Shown: piece by piece, positions 45,666 through 53,589 of the stretch
Layout of the letters: every line of letters begins with the position of its first letter
Position numbering within the stretch: the first letter of the stretch is position 1
DNA from: Anaerolineales bacterium
GTDB taxonomy: Bacteria; Chloroflexota; Anaerolineae; Anaerolineales; Villigracilaceae
Assembly: GCA_034435215.1 (NCBI GenBank)
Contig: DAOTXM010000492.1
Location: 12,611 to 76,610 of the forward strand
Direction: 5' to 3'
Length of the DNA: 64,000 nucleotides
Made by a program: the position numbers and the translations under genes
Notes under the pieces: model-generated
The model's database searches: none
What the model was told of the DNA's origin: nothing
Seen by the model: the letters and a program-made list of their open reading frames with translations, nothing else

Positions 45666-46193
45666 ATGAACAAATTTTCTATATTACAACCCGGTCGTTG
45701 GACGCTGGCCCCTTTGCCGCGACATGAGCAACGGGAACAGGTGCTGGCTTGCATCGCAACCCTGGCGCTGGAAGGACCGGTCCTAGTTCTGGACGGCGGC
45801 GTGCTTTTCAATGTCTACAGGGTCGTGATGGCAGCCCACGGCCAGACGCGCCTCCTGAACCGCATCCGCTTCGCGCGCGCCTTCACCTGTTACCAGATAG
45901 TCGCCCTGCTCGAGCGTACGCCCGCCGAAGAGTTTTTCGTAGTCATTCTGGATTTGCTGGCGACTTTCCAGGATGAGAACGTACCCGCGGGCGAGCGCCT
46001 GCGCCTGTTGAAAACCTGCCTGCCGCACTTAACCCGCTTGAGCCGCCCACGCGGAGCGCTGGTTAGCGTGGGGCCGATTGCCAACATGCCGCCTGAATCC
46101 CGACCCCTGTTCCAGCTTCTTGAACGGGAAGCCGCGCAAGTGGTTGGATGGCAAACGCCCGCGCTCCCCGAGGGGCCTGCCAGACTCTTTTGA
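45666..46193 (+). CDS. RecA/Rad51-fold protein lacking a Walker A loop (ImuA/SulA-like)
   Basis: 175 aa from ATG 45666. VLVLDGGVLFNVYRV, RIRFARAFTCYQIVALLE and FFVVILDLLATFQDE...ERLRLLKTCLPHLTRLSR parallel RecA/Rad51 strands and the Walker B region, but no GxxxxGK(T/S) is present. Confidence 0.55.
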   Translation: MNKFSILQPGRWTLAPLPRHEQREQVLACIATLALEGPVLVLDGGVLFNVYRVVMAAHGQTRLLNRIRFARAFTCYQIVALLERTPAEEFFVVILDLLATFQDENVPAGERLRLLKTCLPHLTRLSRPRGALVSVGPIANMPPESRPLFQLLEREAAQVVGWQTPALPEGPARLF

Positions 46194-46194
46194 A

Positions 46195-46461
46195 ATGGGC
46201 CGCAATCTTCCCTCCATCACACAGGTCTTCCAGGAAGACAAAGAGTATCTTGTCCGCTTCCGCCGCCTGCTGCCCCGGCACGAGCACTGGATCATCGACG
46301 AGCTGCTGGCTTTCGCCCACCGGCACATCCCCGCGGTTGCTTATGCCGGGCATCCCCTGCCGTTCGTCATGTTCCTGCTGGCCATGCTGGTCGAACAACA
46401 CAAGCAACTCAAACGGCTGGAAGACGCGCTACATGCCATAAAAGAAGGGCGAAATGGGTGA
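46195..46461 (+). CDS. Hypothetical 88-aa protein, translationally coupled on both sides
   Basis: ATG lies 1 nt after the upstream TGA. Its stop overlaps the PolB start by 8 nt. No recognisable motif. Confidence 0.5.
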   Translation: MGRNLPSITQVFQEDKEYLVRFRRLLPRHEHWIIDELLAFAHRHIPAVAYAGHPLPFVMFLLAMLVEQHKQLKRLEDALHAIKEGRNG

Positions 46462-48787
46462 TTACACCGGCTGGCTGCTGGACCTGTACACCCATCCGCG
46501 TGACGGCCTGGTGCTCTGGCTGCTGTGCGACGACACCCGCCGGCGCCGCTTCCGGCAGGATTTCCCGGTCACGTTCTACGCCGCCGGCCCCGACCAGCGC
46601 CTGCGCGCGCTGTGGAAATTTCTGCGCGACCAGCCTGTGCAGGTCGAACTCTCCCGCGAAGAGCGGCGGGACTTGTTCTGCGGTCCGGTCACAGTGCTGG
46701 CGGCGCGCGTCCGGAATCCGCACCAACAGCCTGGCCTGTTCTGGCAGGTTGCGCGCCGGTTCCCGGATTTGAACTTTTACAACGCCGATATCCCCATCCA
46801 TCTGCACCATGCCGCGGCCTATGGCACCTTCCCGCTGGCGCGCTGCCGTACGCAAACAGACGGGCAGGGGAACATCGTTCACGTCGAAATGCTGGACTCG
46901 CCCTGGAAGCTGCACTCCCGCCCACCGCCGTTGCGCACTCTGACGGTCGAACCCGATGCCGATCCCTTCCACGCTTCGCCCAGGCGCCTGGTCCTGCGTA
47001 CCGCGCTCGGGCATTTTTCCATCCCCCTGGAACCCCGCGCGGACCTGCTGCGGACGTTACAGGAACGCCTCCTGCGCTACGACCCTGATCTGCTGTTGAC
47101 TGCCTGGGGTGACACCTGGCTGCTGCCAAAGTTATTGGAATGGGCCGAACAGCATAAAATGCGCCTGCCTCTCAACCGCGAACTGGGCGCAGGCGTGGTC
47201 CGGCGCGCCGAGCGCTCCTATTTTGCCTACGGGCAGGTTATCTATCGGGGACAGCAGGTCAAGCTGTTTGGGCGCTACCATATCGATATCCACAACGCAG
47301 TCATGTACCGCGATTACGGCCTGGACGGCATTTGGGAACTGGCGCGCGTCACCTCCCTGCCTGTGCAAACCGTGGCGCGTGTCTCACCGGGGACGGGCAT
47401 CTCCGCCATGCAGATTGTCACCGCCTTGCGGGAGAACATCCTCGTTCCCTGGCACAAGCAGGAACCAGAAGCGCTGCGCTCCGCGGCCGGGCAGTCCCGC
47501 ACGGACCTGGGCGGCCTGGTTGCCCAGCCGCCGGTCGGCCTGCACCGCGATGTGGCGGAGATCGATTTCATCTCCATGTATCCCAGTATCATGCGCCACT
47601 TCAACATCTCGCCGGAATTGGTGGGGGTGCCGGGCAATGAACCTGGCTTGGTCCCCAAGACGCTGGCGCCCCTGCTGGACAAGCGCGTTGCCCTCAAGCG
47701 GGCTCTCATGACGCTGCCAAAGGACGACCCCAACTACGTGCGCTTCAAGGCCTGTGCTTCCGCGCACAAGTGGCTGCTGGTCACCTGCTTCGGTTACCTG
47801 GGATACAAGAACGCCCGCTTCGGGCGCATCGAGGCGCATGAAGCGGTCACCGCCTTGGGGCGCGAAGTCCTTTTGCAGGCCAAGGAAGTCGCGGAAGGCA
47901 TGGGTTTCACGGTGCTGCATATGTACGTGGACGGCCTTTGGATCAAGAAAGAAGGCTGCAAAACGGTCAAGGACTTCGAGGCTTTGCTGCTCTCGATCCA
48001 CGAGCGGACAGGTCTCCCCATTGCGCTGGATGGCGTCTTCCGCTGGATCGCCTTCCTGCCATCCAGGCAGGATGCGCGCCTCTCGGTCGCCAATCGCTAT
48101 TTCGGTGTCCTCCAGGATGGCTCGACCAAGGAGCGTGGCATCGAACTGCGCCGCCAGGATACGCCGCCCTTCGTGGCGAAGGTACAGAGAAAAATACTGA
48201 ATATCCTGGCGCGGGCGGAGGATGCACGCGATTTGCCCTTTTATCTCCCCGAGATCCGGACGCTCGTGAACGAAGGGTTGGATGCTTTACGGCGCGGGGG
48301 GATTCCTTTGGAAGAACTCATCGTCCGCCAGCGCCTGAGCCGCGAACTGGACGCGTATCGCATGCCTTCGCCCGCCGCCCGCGCCGCCGCGCAATTGAGG
48401 GAAATCGGCAGGAATTTGCGGCCAGGGCAATCGGTGCGTTTGCTGTACATACGCGGTGAACCGAATGTCCGCGCCTGGGATTTGCCCACAGCGCCCGATC
48501 CGGCAGAGATCGACCTGGCCTGTTATCGGAAATTATTGTTAGAAGCGGTACAGGCGATTCTAGAACCGATACAGGAAAGTAAGAATCTTTTCCCTTATCA
48601 AATTCCACTTCCAAACCTGGAGGAGAATCCTTTGGTTGAGTTCCCTAGCGTAGATTTGTCATTGCGAGCCGGTCTTTGGCGAAGCAATCTCCTTGGGATA
48701 AGGGAAACCCCGGCAAAAGGGAGATTGCTTCAGGAAAACCACTCTCGTAATGACACCCTTTTGGTAGATAGCATTAGCGTACGATGA
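46454..48787 (+). CDS. Family-B DNA polymerase, divergent (eroded exonuclease motifs, atypical motif C)
   Basis: 777 aa. Motif A DFISMYPSIM, motif B-like KWLLVTCFGYLGY, motif C position VLHMYVDGLWI, KxY-like ANRYFG, GIELRRQD. The last about 45 aa are encoded by a palindromic repeat (48658..48754). Confidence 0.85.
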   Translation: MGDYTGWLLDLYTHPRDGLVLWLLCDDTRRRRFRQDFPVTFYAAGPDQRLRALWKFLRDQPVQVELSREERRDLFCGPVTVLAARVRNPHQQPGLFWQVARRFPDLNFYNADIPIHLHHAAAYGTFPLARCRTQTDGQGNIVHVEMLDSPWKLHSRPPPLRTLTVEPDADPFHASPRRLVLRTALGHFSIPLEPRADLLRTLQERLLRYDPDLLLTAWGDTWLLPKLLEWAEQHKMRLPLNRELGAGVVRRAERSYFAYGQVIYRGQQVKLFGRYHIDIHNAVMYRDYGLDGIWELARVTSLPVQTVARVSPGTGISAMQIVTALRENILVPWHKQEPEALRSAAGQSRTDLGGLVAQPPVGLHRDVAEIDFISMYPSIMRHFNISPELVGVPGNEPGLVPKTLAPLLDKRVALKRALMTLPKDDPNYVRFKACASAHKWLLVTCFGYLGYKNARFGRIEAHEAVTALGREVLLQAKEVAEGMGFTVLHMYVDGLWIKKEGCKTVKDFEALLLSIHERTGLPIALDGVFRWIAFLPSRQDARLSVANRYFGVLQDGSTKERGIELRRQDTPPFVAKVQRKILNILARAEDARDLPFYLPEIRTLVNEGLDALRRGGIPLEELIVRQRLSRELDAYRMPSPAARAAAQLREIGRNLRPGQSVRLLYIRGEPNVRAWDLPTAPDPAEIDLACYRKLLLEAVQAILEPIQESKNLFPYQIPLPNLEENPLVEFPSVDLSLRAGLWRSNLLGIRETPAKGRLLQENHSRNDTLLVDSISVR
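48658..48754. repeat. Palindromic repeat, copy c (inside the 3' end of the PolB ORF)
   Basis: GTCATTGCGAG..CGAAGCAATCTCC...GGAGATTGCTTC..CTCGTAATGAC. Confidence 0.8.
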
Positions 48788-49320
48788 ACAGCCAGCAAAA
48801 ACCAAACAAGTCCAGGGTTTTCGTCATCCACGGCCGGGATGAAGGGATGCGCCGCGCGCTCTTCGATTTCTTGCGTTCCATCGATTTGAAGCCCATCGAG
48901 TGGAACGAAGCCGTTGCGCTGACCGGAAAACCGTCTCCATTTGTGGGCGAAATCCTGGATGCGGCCATGCAGTATGCACAGGCCATTCTCGTACTCTTTA
49001 CCGGTGACGACCAGGCGCGGCTGAGGGATGAATTCCTGTCGTGCAATGATCCCGCTTATGAAAGGGAGACCACTCCACAGTCCAGGCCGAACGTGATCTT
49101 CGAAGCCGGTCTGGCCTTGGGGAAATATCCTGAGCGCACTATCCTCGTCCAGGTTGGAAATCTCAGACCGTTCAGCGATATTGCCGGCCGGTATCTGATC
49201 CGGCTGAAGAATACTTCCAAGTCCAGGCAGGAGCTGGCGTTGCGCCTGCGACTTGCGGGCTGCGAAGTGGATCTCTCTGGGACAGACTGGCATGATGCCG
49301 GGACGTTTCCGGTGAAATAA
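48784..49320 (+). CDS. TIR-like nucleotide-binding domain protein (COG4271 / CAP12-Pycsar-TIR type)
   Basis: 178 aa with RVFVIHGRDEG...FL...LKPIEW...ILVLFTGDD...RPNVIFEAGLALGKYPERTILV...PFSDIAGRY, matching the pattern of stand-alone bacterial TIR-like proteins. ATGA overlap with the PolB stop. Confidence 0.75.
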   Translation: MNSQQKPNKSRVFVIHGRDEGMRRALFDFLRSIDLKPIEWNEAVALTGKPSPFVGEILDAAMQYAQAILVLFTGDDQARLRDEFLSCNDPAYERETTPQSRPNVIFEAGLALGKYPERTILVQVGNLRPFSDIAGRYLIRLKNTSKSRQELALRLRLAGCEVDLSGTDWHDAGTFPVK

Positions 49321-49323
49321 AGG

Positions 49324-49384
49324 CGTCCCGAAGATTGAATTTGAGATTATTTGCTTTTTCGCGAAAAACCTTCGGGACGTTTTT
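49324..49384 (+). terminator. Terminator after the TIR-like gene
   Basis: CGTCCCGAAG...(36-nt loop with inner TTTTTCGCGAAAAA hairpin)...CTTCGGGACG followed by TTTTT. Confidence 0.6.
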
Positions 49385-49443
49385 GATAAGAAAGCCTTCC
49401 CGTCGATTGGACAGGAAGGCCTATCAAACTTTTCTACGCAAAT

Positions 49444-49550
49444 GTCATTACCTCACCAAAGTACGGCGGGGTTGCGAGGAGGGCGTTCTTCCCGCAAAGC
49501 AATTCCCTTCTGCAATGAGATTGCTTCGCCGCTACGCGGCTTGCAATGAC
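49444..49550. repeat. Palindromic repeat, copy d
   Basis: GTCATTACC..GCAAAGCAATTCC...GAGATTGCTTCG..CTTGCAATGAC, between the TIR-like gene and the ppdK stop. Confidence 0.75.
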
Positions 49551-49556
49551 ATATGT

Positions 49557-52316
49557 TTACTTATCTTCCGCAATACTCTTGCCACTATGTTTCAAGGCCA
49601 CATGCGCCGCGGCCAGGCGCGCCACCGGCACGCGGAACGGCGAGCAGGAGACGTAGTTATTGCCAATGATGTGGCACCATTCGATGGACTCGGGATCGCC
49701 GCCGTGCTCGCCACAGATGCCCACTTCCAATTCAGGACGGGTCTTGCGGCCCTCGGCAATCGCCATATCCATCAGCCTGCCCACGCCCTCGCGGTCGAGC
49801 GTCTGGAAGGGATTCTTTGGCAGGATGCCCTGCTCCACATACGTAACCAGGAAGTTGCGCTCGGCGTCGTCGCGCGAGTAGCCAAAGGTCATCTGGGTCA
49901 GGTCGTTGGTGCCAAAGGAGAAGAACTGCGCCAGTTTGGCCACCTCGCCAGCCGTCACGGCAGCGCGTGGGATTTCGATCATCGTCCCGAACTTGTATTC
50001 GAACTCGATGCCTTTCTCTTTCATTACAGTCGAGGCAATGCGCTCAAGGCGCGGCTGGATCCATTCCAGTTCCTTGACCGTGCCGGTCAGCGGGATCATC
50101 ACTTCGGGCTTAACCACGATACCGCGCTTGGAGCAATCTGCAGCGGCCTCGAAGATGGCGCGTACCTGCATCTCGACGATCTCGGGCATAGCAATGCTCA
50201 GGCGCACGCCGCGCAGACCCATCATTGGGTTGGATTCGTGCAGGCTTTTGATGGCTTTCAGCAAGTTTTCTTTTTCTTGCAAGCCTTTGGTCTCGCCCTT
50301 CACGCGCATGGTGATGACTTCTTCGAGCAGGGCTTCTTCGTCGGGCATGAACTCATGCAAAGGCGGGTCGATCAGGCGAATGATGACGGGATAACCATCC
50401 ATCGCTTCGAACAGGCCATCGAAGTCAGAACGCTGGCTGGGCAACAGCAGGTTCAGTTGTTTGGTGCGCTCTTCGCTGGTATTCGCCAGGATCATCTTCT
50501 GGACAATGGGCAGGCGTTCGGGTTCGAAGAACATGTGCTCGGTCCGGCACAGACCGATGCCCACCGCGCCGTACGAGCGGGCGCGTCGCGCATCCTTGGG
50601 ATAGTCGGCGTTGGTCCACACCTGCAGGCCGCGGGTGGGATAACCCTTTGGCCCCTTGCGCATGCCGTCGCGGGCGCAGATCTCGTCAGCCCAGTTGAGC
50701 AGGGTCATCAGCTCGGTTTGTTCCTCGAGCGAGGGCGCACTCGTCGGGATTTTGCCGACGAACACCTCGCCGGTGGTGCCGTCCACTGAAATCCATTCCC
50801 CTTCTTTGACAATCTTGCCATCCACGGACATCTGGCGTTTTTCGAGATCGATCTTGATGGCTGACGCACCCACTACACATGGAATGCCGAACTGACGGGC
50901 GACCACCGCTGCATGCGACGTGGCGCCGCCCTCGCTGGTGAGCACGCCCTGGGAGGCGATCATGCCATGTACGTCATCCGGTTTAGTGAACGGTCGCACC
51001 ATGATCACTTCCTGCTTGCTCTCCTTGGCCATTTTCTCGGCTGTGTCAGCATCGAAATATGCCTGGCCGACGGCCGCGCCCGGGGAAGCATTGACGCCTT
51101 TGGCAAAGAATGCTCCGGATCCTTCGGCTGCCTTCTTGGCTTTGTCATCGAACTGTGGGTGCAGGAGCGCATCCACATTCTCCGGGCTGACGCGCAGAAC
51201 CGCCTCATCCTTCGAAATCAGACCTTCGTTAGCCATATCCACCGCAATCTTGACCGCGGCCTTGGCCGTCCGCTTGCCGCTACGAGTCTGGAGCATCCAC
51301 AGTCTGCCGCGTTCGATGGTGAACTCGACATCCTGCATTTCCTTATAGTGTCGCTCCAGTTTATCGGTAATTTCCATGAACTGGGCATATGCTTCGGGCA
51401 GAGTCTTCTGCATATTGACGATCGGTTCAGCATTGCGGATGCCGGCCACCACGTCTTCGCCCTGGGCATTGAGCAGGTAGTCACCCAACATCTTTTTCTC
51501 GCCTGTGGACGGATCGCGGGTGAAGGCCACGCCGGTGCCCGAGTCGTCTCCCATGTTGCCGAAGACCATGGTTACGATGTTGACAGCCGTACCCAGATCA
51601 TCCGAGATCCCGGTAGCACGACGATAATCCACGGCGCGCTTGCCATTCCAGGATTTGAAGACCGCTTCGGTTGCCAGTTCCAGTTGCTTGTAAGCATCCT
51701 GTGGAAAGTCCTGACCGGTTTCTTTCTTGAACACATCCTTGAACGTGGCGACCAACGCCTTCCAGTCCTCGGCTGTCAGTTCGGTATCGCTTTTATAACC
51801 CTTCTTGGCTTTGTATTCCGCCATTGGATGCTCGAAGGCTTCGTCGGCAATATCCATCACCACGGTGCCGAACATTTCGACCAGGCGGCGGTAAGAATCG
51901 TACACGAAGCGTGGATTGTCCGTCAGCTTGACCATCCCCTCAGCGGTGTCATCGTTCAGGCCAATATTAAGCACCGTATTCATCATGCCCGGCATGGAGA
52001 ACTTGGCCCCCGAGCGGCAGGAAACGAGCAGCGGATTGTTGGCATCGCCGAACTTCTTGCCGGTTTTCTCTTCCACCGCTTTCATGGCTGCCAGTTCCTG
52101 CTCCCACTGACCCGGAGGGAACTTACCCGTTTTGCGATATTCGTTACAAGCCTCGGTTGTGACCGTAAAACCGGGGGGGACCGGCACGCCTGCGCGGGTC
52201 ATATCCGCCAGCCCGGCGCCCTTTCCACCCAGCAGGGCGCGAACACCTTCCCAATCGCCGGCGTACTTCTCAGCCTCGGCGACTTCCTCGAAAAGGTAAA
52301 CCCATTTTTTTGACAT
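49557..52316 (-). CDS. ppdK: Pyruvate, phosphate dikinase
   Basis: 919 aa from ATG 52316 (MSKKWVYLFEE..GGKGAGLADM). Catalytic-His region TSEGGATSHAAVVARQFG. C-terminal GICGEHGGDP. The track ORF is extended 51 aa upstream. Confidence 0.97.
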   Translation of the reverse strand: MSKKWVYLFEEVAEAEKYAGDWEGVRALLGGKGAGLADMTRAGVPVPPGFTVTTEACNEYRKTGKFPPGQWEQELAAMKAVEEKTGKKFGDANNPLLVSCRSGAKFSMPGMMNTVLNIGLNDDTAEGMVKLTDNPRFVYDSYRRLVEMFGTVVMDIADEAFEHPMAEYKAKKGYKSDTELTAEDWKALVATFKDVFKKETGQDFPQDAYKQLELATEAVFKSWNGKRAVDYRRATGISDDLGTAVNIVTMVFGNMGDDSGTGVAFTRDPSTGEKKMLGDYLLNAQGEDVVAGIRNAEPIVNMQKTLPEAYAQFMEITDKLERHYKEMQDVEFTIERGRLWMLQTRSGKRTAKAAVKIAVDMANEGLISKDEAVLRVSPENVDALLHPQFDDKAKKAAEGSGAFFAKGVNASPGAAVGQAYFDADTAEKMAKESKQEVIMVRPFTKPDDVHGMIASQGVLTSEGGATSHAAVVARQFGIPCVVGASAIKIDLEKRQMSVDGKIVKEGEWISVDGTTGEVFVGKIPTSAPSLEEQTELMTLLNWADEICARDGMRKGPKGYPTRGLQVWTNADYPKDARRARSYGAVGIGLCRTEHMFFEPERLPIVQKMILANTSEERTKQLNLLLPSQRSDFDGLFEAMDGYPVIIRLIDPPLHEFMPDEEALLEEVITMRVKGETKGLQEKENLLKAIKSLHESNPMMGLRGVRLSIAMPEIVEMQVRAIFEAAADCSKRGIVVKPEVMIPLTGTVKELEWIQPRLERIASTVMKEKGIEFEYKFGTMIEIPRAAVTAGEVAKLAQFFSFGTNDLTQMTFGYSRDDAERNFLVTYVEQGILPKNPFQTLDREGVGRLMDMAIAEGRKTRPELEVGICGEHGGDPESIEWCHIIGNNYVSCSPFRVPVARLAAAHVALKHSGKSIAEDK

Positions 52317-52435
52317 AGTTGAACTCCTGAATAAAAAAGTTATGATAGCGACAAATCCAGCAAAGTTTACCACAAAGGATATTTTGAGGTATGGATGATT
52401 TCGCCGTGTGCACGCAAAACATATCAGGGACAACC

Positions 52436-52480
52436 CGCGAAAATGGGTGGGCGCTCGAAGCACGCCCACCCATTTTCGCG
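52436..52480. repeat. Perfect 18-bp-stem palindrome upstream of ppdK
   Basis: CGCGAAAATGGGTGGGCG-ctcgaagca-CGCCCACCCATTTTCGCG in the divergent ppdK / response-regulator intergenic region. Confidence 0.85.
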
Positions 52481-52618
52481 GTATTTTCTGACAACCTTTG
52501 CATGCACACTTTCGCCTTTACCAATGACCTGTGGATGAAGTCCCCAATTTGTTAATAGTTTGCAAAGTCAGGATGACGAAAAATAGGTCATAATAAGGCA
52601 ACAAGGAACTCTATTGTT

Positions 52619-53044
52619 ATGCCAAAAACTGTCCTAACCATAGATGACGATACCGCCATCACCGAGTTGTTAGCCATGTTGTTGCGTACGCATGGATATG
52701 AAGTGAAAACCGTCAACAGCGGTGAAGAAGGTGTCGAAGCTATAAAAAAATTGGATCCGCACGTAGTGATCCTTGATCTGATGATGCCTGGCATGGATGG
52801 ATGGCAGGTATGTAAGAGCGTGCGCGAATTCAGCAATGTGCCGATTGTGATCCTCTCTGCCCTCGATGACCCTGCCATGATCGCCAGCGCCTTGGATGCC
52901 GGCGCGGATGACTATCTGGTCAAGCCGGTTTCTAGCAGCATCCTGGTCGCTCACCTGAACAGGTTGATTCGCCGGACCGGCACTTTGGAGGCCCCCAACG
53001 GGTCGGTGATTCGCCCGGCGAGAACCCAGGCTCAAATTTCCTGA
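52619..53044 (+). CDS. Single-domain response regulator
   Basis: 141 aa with VLTIDDD, VVILDLMMPGMDGWQV, ILSAL and DDYLVKP. Confidence 0.9.
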   Translation: MPKTVLTIDDDTAITELLAMLLRTHGYEVKTVNSGEEGVEAIKKLDPHVVILDLMMPGMDGWQVCKSVREFSNVPIVILSALDDPAMIASALDAGADDYLVKPVSSSILVAHLNRLIRRTGTLEAPNGSVIRPARTQAQIS

Positions 53045-53087
53045 CTAAGGTAAAATAGAATATCCAAAATTTTTCAGGAGGCACACT

Positions 53088-53384
53088 GTGCAAACCTGTT
53101 CGCTTTGTAATGCTTCGTCCCCAGATCAGGCCAGTCATTGTGTCCATTGCAAGGCAGATCTTTCTGAACATTCCACCACGGCTTATGCGCTCAAACGTTT
53201 CAGAGCGAATCCGCGTGTCAAAGCGGTCACTGTTTCATCCTCACATAACGCCTGTTCCTATTGCTACGAACAATTAGGAACCTATCCAGTTGATCAAGTA
53301 CCGCCCCTTCCGCACAAAGGTTGTTCGCACACAAACGGTTGCCGGTGTTTCTATATCCCGGTGCTGAACGATATCTATCCATAG
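53088..53384 (+). CDS. Small zinc-ribbon protein
   Basis: 98 aa with CSLC..x12..CVHC at the N-terminus and CSYC...HKGCSHTNGCRC at the C-terminus. Confidence 0.5.
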   Translation: MQTCSLCNASSPDQASHCVHCKADLSEHSTTAYALKRFRANPRVKAVTVSSSHNACSYCYEQLGTYPVDQVPPLPHKGCSHTNGCRCFYIPVLNDIYP

Positions 53385-53487
53385 TCAGTAGATCACGAAA
53401 TATCTGAAAAATGCCCGAAAACAGGGGTGCGAGTGAACGCCCGCACCCCTGTTTTCGGGACCTCTTTTGATTTTCGTGAAGTACTGA
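53385..53487. repeat. Composite palindromic element / bidirectional terminator
   Basis: Outer arms TCAGTAGATCACGAAAT / ATTTTCGTGAAGTACTGA enclose an 18-bp perfect hairpin, CCCGAAAACAGGGGTGCG-agtgaacgcc-CGCACCCCTGTTTTCGGG. The 18-mer TCAGTAGATCACGAAATA recurs at 43606..43623. Confidence 0.75.
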
Positions 53488-53589
53488 TAGCGGCTTATCA
53501 CAAAAACGGGTGAGGAGTAACTCCACTTTCCCCCTTCCTTAGAAAGCACCATTGTAAAAAAGAGAGACCGGATGGGCCGCTCTTTTGCT

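Noticed and set aside
49335-52313. Plus-strand ORFs of 484 and 466 aa opposite ppdK. Similar antisense ORFs lie in hdrL (for example 17516..18340 and 18437..19135), ftsH (36523..37203) and the L21 region (58654..59505).
   Set aside because: They are antisense to high-confidence genes and have biased composition. They have no ribosome-binding sites or recognisable domains.
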